NCBI GenBank assembly: GCA_015680685.1
Contig: MNCI01002498.1
Span: forward strand, 488,979-552,978
Length of the DNA: 64,000 nt
Source: Gnetum montanum
Lineage: Eukaryota > Plantae > Gnetophyta
Direction: 5' to 3'
Shown: in pieces, positions 23,800 through 37,349 of the stretch
Position numbering within the stretch: the stretch's first letter is position 1
Layout: every line of letters begins with the position of its first letter
The notes under the pieces: generated by a model
The model's database searches: none
What the model saw: the letters and a program-made list of their open reading frames with translations, nothing else
What the model was told of the DNA's origin: nothing
Made by a program: the position numbers and the translations under genes

Positions 23800-26700
23800 C
23801 CCTGGAAATTAATAGATTCAGGAAGCCCCCTAATCTATCTTCAGGTGGCAGGGAATCAGCAGTGCAAAGCTCTTCTGGATTTGGAGTCAAGGGTTAATTT
23901 GATCTCTCACGATATGTACAAGAACTGAAACTTGCCACCACTAAAGAAGAGCAACATCTGGCTCGAGTTAGCAGACCAGTCCATCACCGTTCCCTTGGGT
24001 TTGGTGGAGGACATTGTGACCATTGTTTGTGGGTGGTCCTATCCTACTAATTTCCTGGTCATCCATGTAGAGAATTGTAAGGGGAACTTCCCAATCATCA
24101 TGGGAAGAGCCTGGCTAAGCACAGTGGACGCACGACTATGAATCCAAGATCTATCCCTAAAAATTTCAAAAGAAAATCCTTTTGAGAAGATTGACAAGAA
24201 AAGAGTTCCATACATCGCGTACAATGACTCAGGGTGCAACTGTGTGCAGCAGTTATGGTCCGCTAAGCAGATATATATTCAAGCATGTAGTCGGTGTACC
24301 GAGGAATCACCTATTCAACAGTGCCTGTATGCAGCAGCCACTAACCAAGAGGGCACCCAGTGACTGACAGCTAATCCTAATAGCAGCACATTATGCTTGG
24401 AACCATCTAAGGAGCTAGTGCAAGCCTATGTTGACAGCATGGATGAGATGGAAGTGGTTCATCAACAAATCTCCACTGTTAATGACTAAGATGATTGGGA
24501 AACGCTACAAATCCCTAAGAGCTTCAAACAAGAGCCCTTGGAGCTAAAGTCTTTACCTGCTCACTTGGAATATGCATTCTTGCAAAATGGCAAGCTAGTA
24601 ATTATCAATGTTGCGCTTGCTCCTGAACAGAAAAAGAGATTGTTGGGGATGGTAAACAAATGGGTTGCTGCATTCCCATGGTCATATCCTGAGTTGACCA
24701 GAGTTGATCCCAGGGTCTACCAGCATTGGATCTATATTGATCATTCCATGAAGCCACAAAAACAGCCACAAAGACAGTTGAATCCCAAATTGAAGCAGAT
24801 CGTAAAAGATGAAATCGAACAATTGCTCAAGGCGAGATTCATCTATTCTGTCGCTGATAGTAAATGGGTTAGCCCACTCATTATCGTACCCAAGAAAGGT
24901 GGCAAGTGGAGGATCTGTATTGATTTCCAGTTGCTCAATATGGCGACCTTCAAGGACCACTTCCTGCTCCCATTTGTGGACCAAGTATTGGACACCATCG
25001 CAGGACACCGATACTACAAGTTTTTGGATGGTAATAGTGGTTATAACCAAATCCAAATGGCACCAGAGAACCAAGCCAAAATAATGTTCACAAGTCCATG
25101 GGGGACTTTTGCATATAAAAAGATGCCCTTTGGCCTATCCAATGCGCCTGCGACGTTCCAATGCCTTGTCCTAAGCATCTTCCAGCAACAAATCGGCAAT
25201 GGTGTAGAAGTCTTCATGGATGACTTCTCCACCTATGGGACCACGTTTGAGAAAGTCTTGGACCATCTAGAGCAGGTTCTAAAGAGGTGTGTAGACACCA
25301 ATCTACGGCTCAATTGGCAAAAGAACCATTTGATGGTCCAAGAGGGCATTGTGTTGGGGCATCGCATCTCATCAACAGGGATCAATGTAGACCTTAAAAA
25401 GATTAGGGTTATCCAAGGAATCACCTGCCAACCAAGTACCGTCAAAGATGTTTGATCATTCCTTGGACACACTGGTCACTACCGGCGTTTCATAAAGCGC
25501 TTCTCGAAGATAGCCAGGCCATTGGTAGAACTTACAAAGAAGGACACTCCGTTCGTTTGGACCAAGGAATGCGAGTCTACATTCCAAGCGCTGAAATAGA
25601 AACTCGTAGAAGCTCCGGTTCTACGAGCACTTGATTGGTCCAAACCTTTTCACATTATGATGAATGCCTCCAACTATGCCTTGGGAGCCATGCTTACACA
25701 ATGTGATGATCAGAAACGTCCCTATTATATCCACTGTGTAAGCCATAGCATTGTGGGTGCTCAATTGAACTATACCACCACCGAGAAGGAGTTGATGGCG
25801 GTGGTGTTCGCCTTGGACAAATTTCGGCACTATGTGCTCGGATACGAGGTGTTTGTGCACACTGACCATAGTGTTATTGGGTTCCTGATGAACAAACCAA
25901 CAGTGAGCCTTAGCATAATCAGGTGGCTGGTGATTCTTCAGGAGTTTGATCTTACCATGGTAGATCAAAAGGGGACCAAGAATGTGGTTGTTGACCACTT
26001 GTCTCGATTACGATGGGATGACGCAGAAAAGGAGGAGCCCTTATCCGATCAGTTTCCAGATGAACTCCTCTTCACAAGCACTGTTGATCCTCAAGCACCT
26101 AAGGAATCTCCTTGGTTCAACCGCATCCTCACCTACCTTACAACCCAGAAGCTGCCAAAGGAATGGAATCATCGGTAGAAACAATAGTTTCTTCATAAGG
26201 CCAAGCATTTCATGGAAATCAATGGCCACCTGTACAAGGTGTGTGTAGATGGCTTGGTTCAATGGTGTGTCCCTGATGATGATACACTGCGTGTCCTCCA
26301 AGATGCTCACGAGGGCCCTTATGGGGGCCACTATGCTGGATGTCAAACGACCATTAAAATCCTGCTTGCGAGGTATTATTGGCCTAGACTTTTCAGGGAC
26401 GCACAATGGTTCACCCGCTCCTGAGAACGATGCCAAAGATATGGTGGGATGATGGCACGGTTGGAGGGACCTCAACAATGGATCCAACCACTAGAGTCCT
26501 TCGACACCTAAGGTATCAACTTCATGGGATCCATCACCCCCTTGTCAAATGAAAAAGCATACATCATCGTCGCTGTGGACTCCTGTACAAAGTGGGCAGA
26601 AGCGGCAGCCGTCATCAATTATTCTTCCAACACCACCGCACAATTTGTTTAGCAACAAATCGATACCAGGTTTGGAGTGCCACATGCACTCATTTCTGAC

Positions 26701-27350
26701 AATGGAACTCACTTCACAGGTGTCACTTTTCGAAAACTCATGCAACGCTTAGGGGTAACACATAAATTTACAACACCCTATCACCCCCAAGCCAACAGGC
26801 AGGCCGAAGTCACCAATAGGAAGATCACCAAGATCCTTACCCGAACCATTAGCAAATACAAGAGTGATTGGAGTACCAAGCTCAACGATGTCCTATGGGC
26901 CTATCGCTCCACTTGAAAACTTCCTGTAGGGTACTCTCCCTATGAGTTAGTGTACGGAAAGTTGCCAACACTTCCAATCCAAGCAGAACTCTAGACACTA
27001 TCCACAGCCAATGACCTCAACCTTGACCTACCACTAGCATAATGTGAACGATTAATCAATTTAAGTGTGCTAGATGAGAACTGACTTGTGGCCCTATTTT
27101 CAAATGAAACCCACAAGGCCTATAACAAGAAATGACATGATCTTAGGATTTGAAAGGTCACATTTCAATGTGGATACAAGGTGTTGTATTGGAACCCCTC
27201 ACATGTATCCCAACCGACAAAGTTTCAGACACTATGGAAGGGACATTATATTGTCTCCAAAACCTTCCCATCCAGGGCCTTACTCATCCACAACCTGGGG
27301 ATCCCACCAGAACATAGTTAGTCAACCGCCAACAACTAAAACCTTTCCAT
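23800..27350 (+). pseudogene. Gypsy pol (protease, RT, RNase H, integrase) with stops and frameshifts
   Basis: KALLDLESRVNLI (protease); WVSPLIIVPKKGGKWRICIDF, MPFGLSNAPATFQ, VFMDDF (RT); NASNYALGAML, NYTTTEKEL, HTDH (RNase H); HEGPYGGH, ISDNGTHF, TPYHPQAN (integrase). Confidence 0.92.
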
Positions 27351-28303
27351 GACCTCCACACAACCAATGCCACTGCCTCATCATCAACCGGTCACCCATG
27401 CTCCATTTTTTGTGTCTCCTCCTTTCCACCCAGTCGTGGGGGAGACCATCATCCTTGCTAATCCATTCCCTACTCCCCTCACCGTTTTATCATTTTTTGT
27501 TTTACACTTTTTTTTCTACACTTTTTTGTTTTACACTTATTGTTTTTCGACGTTTGCACATTCTTTGCACATCTTTTCATTTTCTTTAATTATTTTTCAT
27601 TTTTTGTACCTATCTATTTTTTCAAGACATCGTCGTATTGTCTTCAGAATTCGGCATAGCCGATTATCATTACAATGGGTACCGTAATAGTCTTCCTCGT
27701 TATTTGGCTCCCACCATTGGCTCCCACCATTGCATGGTTGTCCTTGGATTTTACGTTGTTTTCACTTCATAAACTTGGCAGTGAGTCCACGTGATTCACC
27801 CATTCACCATTCCATGGTTTTCCTTTTGTTGTGCACATGCAACCCCTTCACTTAAAAACCTTTTAACTAATGTGTGACTTATGTAGTTCCTAGAGGGATG
27901 ACCCACTAGTTTGAATCGGGTGTGACTTCAAGGAAAATTCTTTATTCGTTGTTCTGTTCTATTCCCCGGGTTGCTAGTGTGTCCTCACGGATTTCCTCCC
28001 ACTCTAAGTCTCTCTCCATGGAAGCTCCTGGGCAGTTCAACCTTGCATGGTGTGGTCCTCACTGAAAAAATTCAAAAATTAAAAAAAAAACAACAAAAAA
28101 AAACAAAATAAACAAATAAAATGAGGATTCAAAGCACACCCCTTGGTTGAATGCATGCAACCACGCATGGGTCTTCGCATGGTGTGGTTCCCTCGCACAA
28201 AAGAAAAGAAAAATGAATCATGTTAACTAGAGGGATGTCAGATAATTTCGAGCCACATAGGAAGGGGTGTTGCGATAACTTCCGACAACGGAGTGGCCTT
28301 TAA

Positions 28304-28391
28304 CCAGAACACCGAGGATCCGATTTACAGTGTGACCAAAGAGCAACCCAGAACACCGAGGATCCGATTTACAGTGTGACCAAAGAGCAAC
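28304..28391. repeat. 44-bp perfect tandem duplication
   Basis: CCAGAACACCGAGGATCCGATTTACAGTGTGACCAAAGAGCAAC occurs twice. Confidence 0.9.
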
Positions 28392-28644
28392 ATTCGTTGT
28401 CTGGTATAATCAAGTGTAGGTACATTTTGGTAACTTTATACCAGTAAAAAAATAAGAAATATTTCAGGATAAATCAACACTGCTTGTAACATACTGCAAC
28501 TTCTGTATGCTGAAATGCTAGTACATCCCGCAAACAATAAATCAATGAAGATGAATTGGATAAATTTGATTTTGAAATTTAGACAAAAACGATGCTTTGC
28601 ATCTCTCACATCCTTCTTTGGATGCAAAAAAATCATGTCTGCTG

Positions 28645-31600
28645 CTATGTTCTGCTTGTCCGAAATGCAAACATTCCAACAATGCTTCCTACTGTTATGC
28701 TTACAAGTGAAGCAGTAACTGCAAGACCCCAGTCATTAGTTCTAATACTTGAAAAGAATCCCTCAAAAATGCCTCTGCTGTTTCTCTGTTGTACTCTATA
28801 ACTCTCAACATTTTCACGAACAAGACTGCCCAGAACATCCAATTGTTTTGCCAAATGTTTCTGGCCACGAGAAAGATTTCTTACCTGAATTTAAGAAAAA
28901 GCTTTCATCAAATACTCCCAAAAACTAACAAACAACACATACAACACAACGCATGATCATCTGAAATTTTGAAACTAGATTCAGCATACCTCTGCAACAA
29001 GACTCATGTCTACTACGTTGCCTGAAGAATTGGAAGTCGTGATGGGCATAGACGTCACATATCCATTTTGATTTGCAATCGAGTGCCCACCATTCAGACT
29101 GTTCCCAAGTGAGGCAGCAACCGAGCTTTGTCGTGGAAGCTGACCCTGACTAGGTGACGATGGAAGCCTATTCTCTACTTCTGTTACTCTACAAAGTAAC
29201 TCCTCTATCCTCTCCCCAAGGGTTGCAATTTGATCACAAATCAAGGAACAGGCCTAACAATGCAATTGCAGTGTTGGTTTACCGTTTGATTGTACACAAT
29301 GTGGTGTTATAGAATGGCACTAACATAATACCTGATCTGGGAAAGCCTGATCTGAGTCGAAGCATTTGTCTTCATATCTTCTATCATTCCCATTGCAACC
29401 TATCATAGAATTTGCAATTTTCTGCTTAGGCTCTTTGTGTTCAGAAGCCATTCTGCAGAGTTCACATGCCAGCAGTGTCTCAAATCTTCGGTACTGCATT
29501 TTGGTTAACCAACATCTAGGAGACAGACATGAAAATTCAATTGCATTTTATACCTTTCATCGATATCATTGCTAGTATTTCTGCTCCAGCTGGTAAAATT
29601 GGAAATAAACAAAACCCTCTTAGCATTGCAACCTTGGAACGTAACTGAATACCAACAATGAAAAAATATATGCAAAAAAAGGTCATGATATAAAGGAAAA
29701 ATAATGAAAGAAATAGAGCCGATATTTATACCTCTTGCTATAATGTTTCTTGATTCCAGGTTTCTGCTCAGCAATCCATGAAAATGAAGGAAGCGGACTG
29801 GAGGAAACTTTATCCAACTTTGACTGCAAGTCATCTGGTAGTACCTGAAAATTCATAGCATAGTCAGATGTGCTGCGTTAAATAAGATCCTAAGTTTAAA
29901 AACTATTGTGTTAAAAAAATAAAAACTTTAAAAAACAGAGCTTCCAAAGAACGAATAGACACCTTGACTTCATCTGTCAATTTTTCAAGTTGCATTTGGT
30001 CGATATACGAGTTTGGTACATATGTTCCATCAAGCCCCAACTTACTGGCAACCTCCTTAATTAAACTTCTGTCCTTCCCTTGCACCTGGTCCAACGAAGA
30101 CACGTCATCAAAATCAAAAGCTAATACACAATCTTCAGAACGTTAATGCCAAAGTATACTTCTAGATTTACATACCTGCATATATTTCCTATGAAATCGT
30201 TCCAGATGATCGATTTTCACAGTGATCCTCTCATCCGAAAAAACTTTGCTTGTGCGCTTCAACACTGCTGTTACTTCATACCCTAACGTCATCAATCCTC
30301 CAAGAAGTTTAGCACTCACTTCAAAGGTTATCCTTGGAGATATGATAAAAGGAGTATCAACAACCCATTCCTGCAATTAAGATAAAAGGCGTATCAACAA
30401 CCCATTCCTGCATTTACATTTCCAAAACTTCTTGATGTGGTCTGAAGAAAAAAAGAAAGGTTAAGTTTTTTTAATTTCACAACACCCATACCTCAAACAT
30501 TAAGCTGTACCTTCCACCCCTATCCCTCATCCTAAGATAGGATTGGCAGGTTTCTGCATCCTCGCCTGGTGGGAGCAGGTAGATGTCACAAATTTCCTCA
30601 GACGCCACTTTATGATCAGGAGATAGGACTGCCATAATTTGCTCTTCAGAAGCAATTTTTGAAGACTGCATGTGATAAATCATTGAGCTCGGATATGATC
30701 AAACATTTTAACATAAGCAAGTAGTCTGGAGACATCAGCAAAAAAGTACCTTCAGAATGTAACTTGGTGATTGAAATCCACTGAAAGGGTTAAATTTGTT
30801 CTGAATTTTGATGTGTGCCGTCTCCAAATCAGGTTCAATATAGGCCTTATACATAGGATAAACCTGCCATAATCATAAGGAAAATATATTGCTATCAATA
30901 TGATTTCACCAAGAGATTACATTCCTTGCAGTGTAATAATTAATTCTGTCTTGAAACAACAATTATTTCACCCCCACCAAATTCTGGGGAAAATACCGTT
31001 TCAGATATCTGCTGAATAATATCCTCAGGGGCCTGTTCAGAACGTCTTATATCCCGAAGAACCCTCTTAACAAGATCAAAGTGAACACCCCCCGTAACTG
31101 ATACACGAAGATCAAGCAAAGGCCTAAGCTTTTCACCCAATGCATAGATTCCCTCAATAATTACTATCCTGGATGATGGAACTTGAACTTCTCTGAAAAT
31201 TCCCATGGAATTTGACGTGTTAGAAACACGAGTTCTAAAAACTTAAAAGCAGGTTAAAATAAACTTGGTTAAACAGTATTAAACAATGTACAAACCTGTA
31301 TCCTACGCGACTACTTGACTTAAAATCGTAAATAGGCACTTGCACCGTTTTCCCATCCTTCAAATCTTGAATATTTTGGAGAAGGGTATCGTAGTCTGTC
31401 AGCCTGGGATCTGTTGCAGTGCACAATAAACGTCATCTAAAAAGGTCTAGCTCCCTATTATAAAAGATCATACACCACACATGAACATTTCAGTTTCGTG
31501 TTATAAAACGTTTAAAATAATCTACTAAGTTAAATTTCAGAGACAATTCAGAGCGTATAATACACACCGTAATACAAGTCCGAAATGTTGGACGTCAATA

Positions 31601-32988
31601 GCACACAAACAGAGACATTCAGATCAAATCCGATCAAAGGATAAAGTACCGTAAGGGCTCAGGAAGTTGAACACAAGACACACTAAATCAGCCTTAACTT
31701 TGACCGTAAGTAATACGTTTGACCGTCAAGAAGGTTGCCACATGGGGAAAACCCCCAAAAATGTCCTCTAACTTGACTGTCGGAGAAATACTATTAACAA
31801 AACAGCAAAGGAGACGATCATGCACGCGGAAAACTCAATACGAACATCCTAAACAGGAAGGTCAACATACCCACTCTAAGACGCAAACGAAGGCCACTCT
31901 CAGAAAAACTCACAAAAAAAAAAGAAATTTTCAGAAAAACTCACAAAAAAGCAACGTAGAAGAAAAGCTGAAAATACCACACAAAAACAGAAGCCAATGC
32001 ACGGAAGTGCAGTTACCCTTGAAATCGAACCACAAACAACCAAATTCTAGCTCTATTCCCGCATTAGCAAACTTCAAATAACAGAAACAACATCATAGAG
32101 AAAGGAAACAGGAAAAAGCCAAAATTTAAGCATGCTCGAGAGCAGATGAAAGTCAATATTTCCAATTTTAAAAGCTCCAATAACTATTTGGGAACCTGAC
32201 ACAAACTCAAACAAACAATAACAGCTATACAGCCTTAAAATAACAATCCTCGTAACCAAAAACTCCAACTCGCGCAAACGTAGTGTCGGCCAATCTGCAA
32301 AAGCAGTGCGCCATAAATGACTAATAACAGGGCCTTGTCGCGCTTGTACCTCTACGCATAACAAAACAGAGACCAGAACAAAAATGTGCTCCACATCTCT
32401 TTCAAGCGAAATCAACGAAAGCGACAACGGCAGAAGATTTTTCAAAAAGAAAATTCAACACAATTTCGAAAACTTGTTGCCTCGTCGTCAAAGCAACGGC
32501 AAAACAAAGATCTCTCGAGAATCAAAAAAGGCCATGTTTCCTGGGAATCAAAGTCACGGATTCGAGAAACAAAAATCTTTCAAAACAATTTCACGACTCG
32601 GTGGCATCTTACCGTCGAAGTTACCGTCGATGAGGCGGCTGGCGTCATTGTAATTGTCCATCGAAATGACGGCGATGTCGGGCTTGAAGCTGAGAACCTT
32701 CTCGGAGAACACGGTTTTCCCGGCACCGGACGGACCGGCAAGGCCGACAAGCACAACGCCATCGTTGTGCTGCGCCAGAAGCTGGCATGCGCGGATGAAG
32801 AGGAAAAACCCCTTCTCGAACGATAAAGGATCCGGAACCTTGGCAATTTCGAAACGCCGCTGGCCTTCGGCGCAGTCCTTGCGCGGCACCAGTTCCAGCT
32901 GATACTTCAGCAGCCCTGCTTTGCCTTTCCTCGGCCGCGCCTGCTGCTGCTGATTCTTCTTCGCCGAACACGAATCCATCTTCGCCAT
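28645..32988 (-). CDS. TTM1: Triphosphate tunnel metalloenzyme TTM1/TTM2-like protein (uridine-kinase-like P-loop + CYTH domain + C-terminal TM anchor), 12 exons
   Basis: Exons 32988-32613, 31410-31296, 31192-30997, 30863-30750, 30665-30492, 30370-30176, 30085-29963, 29844-29732, 29589-29554, 29452-29332, 29253-28990, 28884-28645 (exons 9-10 less certain). Motifs LSFEKGFF..IRACQLLAQ, GPSGAGKT, ISMDNYND, DPRLTDYDTLL, GGVHFDLVKRV, FNPFSGF..PSYILK, YLRMRDRGGRYSLMFEEWV, hydrophobic C-tail. TTM1 versus TTM2 orthology is not resolvable here. Confidence 0.93.
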
Positions 32989-33512
32989 TTCAAAAGCGCA
33001 AAAGAGAATATGTATAGATATATACACGCACGCACACGCACACGCTATATAGATATATACAGGCGTACGAGATCGCAGAGAAAATGCAGAACGGAAAAAA
33101 CACACACAAATGCGAAAACGCAAAAGGCTTCCTGGAATGTCTGTCTGCGAAGATTTCGAAACCCTACGCCAAGCGATCCGGAATGGCGCCGCGCTTGTTC
33201 AAGTATCGATTCCTGCGGAGGTGAGGCGAATCGAGGCCGTCGCAGAGGGAACAATAGAAATCGAAATCCTGGCGGCACTTGCAAGAATCAACTACGGTAA
33301 GATACGACGATTCTGCAAAGATTTCCTCCGCTTCAGAACTTCTGTGTTTTTCAACCAGGATTTGCAGACCAAGCGCAGTTTCTGCGTTTTCCCTCTACAC
33401 CGTGTCCGCTGGGCTGACTTCAAACTTTGCCACCGCAAATTCCACACGCAGACGCGCAGCAGAAGTTGCTCGCTTCTTGTCTGCACTGCACTGACTCATC
33501 AGGCATCTGTGC

Positions 33513-33518
33513 TTTATA
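33513..33518 (-). promoter_or_regulatory. Putative TATA box of the TTM gene
   Basis: Minus-strand CCTATAAAGC at the edge of a GC/CpG-rich region. The roughly 490 nt between about 33485 and the ATG contain no upstream ATG, consistent with a 5' UTR. Confidence 0.5.
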
Positions 33519-34161
33519 GGCCTTCGTGGCTCGCTTGTTTTAAACACGGCAGCCAAATTATTTTTTTTATTTTTCCATTATGTTGATTTTTTATTTTGCT
33601 TTTTATTGGTAATCGTACTTTTTGTGGTATCTTTCTTGTGAATTTAGAAACATGAGTGATTTGTGACTTAGCGAGGAAAAATCATTGGAAAGGAGACTAC
33701 GTGTAAGCGAATTATGGGGACAAGTCTAGGGGTAATGATTTGTTTTATTCTAGAAATAAAAGGTTGGGAATCTGCATGATGTGAATGCATATATGGATAA
33801 AAGCTTGGTTTGCAACGGGTCTTGAAATGAACACATAGCTTGATGTGGTGTACTTGAATGGTTGCTCCCCAACTCAACTTGATTAATACGTCTTTAGGTT
33901 GGCCCTAGACTTCCTCTGCACCATGGAATACATCTTCGTATCTGTTTGAAATTTGTGTTCTTGGACCTAGACGTGTTATTCATCCTTGTCCAACCAGCTC
34001 ATTTGGTTGGTTGAGGAATTTATTTTTAGATTTAGGAATTCTTGACCTTTTCTTACGTACAAACTTTTAAAACCAACATCTTCTAGGACCTTAAGACTAT
34101 TTAATAAATGCATTGGCTACTATTGTTACTCCCCAAAATCAAGTCAAATTTGGTAGGACAT

Positions 34162-34966
34162 TGATGAGCAACAAGGTACCCCTATGTCCAACCATACAAA
34201 TCACAAACATTCACACACAATCTGGTTGGGACTAGTTGTGCATCTAAATTGTTATGCTCTAATCATAATTCACTCTCTTCCCATTTAAACTAGTGGTAGC
34301 TTTGTCATGTATGGTTTAGTTCAAAGTGAGGCATATGATGGTGTTCTCTAACCTTAAGCTGCTCTTAATGACAATAAAAAGATTAATTGATTAAGCTAGG
34401 TAACGATGGAAAGTAAAGCCTAAACTAGCCTACGTGCAATGAGTATCCGTTCTTAATCGTCTGCACATGCCTTGGACTTCGTGAAACTACCACTAGAATT
34501 ACCAAGCATATGTCATTGGGCTCACCAAACAATACACTGCTGGGTTGCCAAGTAATTACACTTAAGCGCTCATGATTAGCCGTACTCATTTTGCTTAATG
34601 ACAGGAATCATAAAGAGCAATAAATGGAAACATTAATTAAGGAAAACAGGAAACAATTAAAAGTAATAATAATCTAAGTGGATGCTGCAATGATGGAAGT
34701 AATCTCGATCTTTATTTTCATCATGTAACGTGCCTAAGTACATCACACTCAAATAATGATGCCTTACAATTACAAACATCACACTATGAGCATGCACTGG
34801 AAAATAATAGAACTGAAAATCAACAATCTACAAAAAAGCTAATTGAAAACTGGAAACTAAAACTATGTCTCAATCATGCACCCAAGTGTTGTATTTATAG
34901 GCTAGCATGGAAGAGATGATATCGGATATTGAATATCGTTTCTTGGGCTCCAATCATGACTCATCA
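34162..34966 (-). mobile_element. Solo LTR, Athila-like Gypsy family
   Basis: TGATGAG...CTCATCA with TSD GACAT on both sides. Carries the family terminus (reverse complement of GTATGGTTGGACATAGGGGTACCTTGTTGCTCATCA). Confidence 0.88.
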
Positions 34967-35779
34967 GACATGAACCCATTTATTTTGATTATGAATTACA
35001 TTTATTTGAACTTTATGGATTTTGGATGTGTTCTTTATTTAAAGTTTAATCTAGGATTAAAAGCATAGGATACTCTAATTTATGGATTTGATTATAGTGG
35101 ACAATATTGAGTTCCCAAGCCCACCAAAAGGATACTTTCATATAGCTTAGTAATATAATTGTATTAGATGAGCATATCTCTTGGAATTGAGCATGTGACT
35201 TGAAACCACAATTCACGTACCCTATATAAGTGAAACCATGTTTTTTAAAAAATTTTATTTTATCATTAACACAAGGAAACGAAAGGCTCATAATACAACC
35301 AATATATCCTAATAAATATAGCTAACATAATACTTAAGAGGAATTATAACGGAATGTAACAATGCCTCAAGTTCATTTCAAACTGGCAACCTCTTATCTA
35401 ACAAAACAATGAGCTACCTAAACCACCCATTATTGGTTGAAAACTATTAGATCATTCCTTTTCTGTTTTACTAGATAGAAGGTGTAAGAACACAAAAGAA
35501 TGATAATAAGTACACCCCAAGATATATAGTCAACATTATCCTTGAGAGAAATTACAAAGGAATATAACAATGCCTTAAGTGTGACTTAAACTAATAACCT
35601 CAAATACACTAACAATTTGGACCACCTATCATTGGTCAGTCTCTTCATTGCTCTTCTATAATTCAACGCTAAATCTTTTCCCCTTTTCCATCCATGGCAA
35701 TAACCCTCCCCCACCACCATAGGCCAAATCACAAAGTTGCTACCTATAAGCAAAGGCAAGTATCAAACCCTTAATATTT

Positions 35780-37300
35780 GGAGGAAGGAATGTCAAAATT
35801 GGAACTACATGACAAATATTGGCTAAATTTTTGCTATTTTACTCTAAATACATTTGTTTTGCAACATTCTAATAATACATGTCGCTTGTTTTCTATTCCT
35901 TGCAATAAACACAAGTGGCATATTCTATCTTCATGCTACTTATTATTCCATGTTGTAGTTTTAACTCAAAGATTTAGTGGTTCCATTCTTAATTTGCTAA
36001 CTAGTGCTCTTGTGGACATTGATTGTTGCATATAAATATTATATTTAACCATGTCTACTACCTCTAATATTTTATCAATAAAGCTAAAGTCTTTTTTTTT
36101 AAATATGTGTAACTTATTTTGTCAACTTTGTACAACTTTCGTTATAACAAGTTTCCAAGGTAATCAAATGAATGTGCCTATTAGAATCAAACATGTACCT
36201 TGCAAACCACGAGTTGCATGCTCTAATGAACTAAGCAATGTCTCACTAACATAGTTGGAATACATAGACCAAATTTTGGACTCTAATATTTCATTTTTTG
36301 TATGACATTTGTTTTAAAGCATTTCAATAAAACATGTCTTTTATCTTCGTTGCTATGTAGGTAAATATGACAAATGCATTCCTCTCATATCATTTGCAAT
36401 GGTCTTCATATTTCTACTCTAAAGTAGCAATAGGCCATTATTGCATTATAGATTTAACCCAGGATTCGTGGGTAATAGACAATGTAAATAAGTATATTTT
36501 GTGGTTAAAGCCACTACTTGCTTGGTTTGAGTAAGTGATGTGTCATTATGCAAGTTGTAAGTTTAATTCTAAGGAGTATTCCAAAGAACTTGCCTTTGGG
36601 TTATGGTAAAGATATGCATTTAAACAAAATTTGCTCTAAAGAATTTCAAGCAAATATGTCTTTCATCTTCATCATTATCTTGTAGGCAAAGATGACATGT
36701 GCATTCCTCTCATATTATTTGCAACAATCTTCCTATTTTCACTCTAAAGTGGTGAGAGTCATTATAGCTTTATAAATTTAACTCCTAATTCCTAGATAAA
36801 TTAGCTAATGTAAATAAGTAAGCTTTATGGATAATGTTACTACTTACTTAATTAGAGCAAGTGGGGTATGGTTGTGCAAGTTATAGGTTACATTCTAAAG
36901 AGTATTTGAAAGAACTTGCTAGTAGGTTATGGTAAAAACATGCATTTAGATATTGGCATTAGGTAGATAGTCATATAAAGATCCATTTGCTTTGCCAATA
37001 TCTACATCTTCTCTTGATACCAACAATGTGATTTTTCTCTCTTTGGAATTCTCTGATAGGGGATTCTAAATTACCTCCACTTTCTTCAACTAATGCCAAA
37101 ATTTTTGCTATTGTCATTAATACAAAAATTTCTATTAATTCTAATAATGAAAATTGATAAGATTGTGAGTAAAAATTTAAGATACCTTTTTCTACTAATG
37201 TTGATATAACTAGGATACCTAATATTATTCTTCTTGATGATGTATGGAGGTTAATGGTAGTTAATTTTACATCAAAATATGTGTTCATTCAAATTTTGGG
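35780..37300 (-). mobile_element. Decayed L1-type ORF2 fragment with duplicated zf-RVT region
   Basis: Minus-strand TCHLCLQDNDEDERHICLK (about 36640-36700) and CICHIYLHSNEDKRHVLLKC (about 36315-36380); internal duplication of about 325 bp. Confidence 0.55.
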
Positions 37301-37349
37301 TTATTGTCATCATAATTAAATGATGTGGTGCAAAAAAAAATGATATTCA

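Larger units (their letters stand above)
20198..28240 (+). mobile_element. Ty3/gypsy Athila-like retrotransposon, decayed, lacking 3' LTR
   Basis: 5' LTR about 20198-21096; PBS TGGCGCCATTGCCG (tRNA-Asp type, as in Athila) at 21098; gag, protease, RT, RNase H and integrase in Gypsy order. Confidence 0.9.

Noticed and set aside
31719-33586. Many plus-strand and alternative-frame ORFs over TTM intron 1, exon 1 and 5' UTR
   Set aside because: Antisense shadows or compositional ORFs with no recognisable domain.
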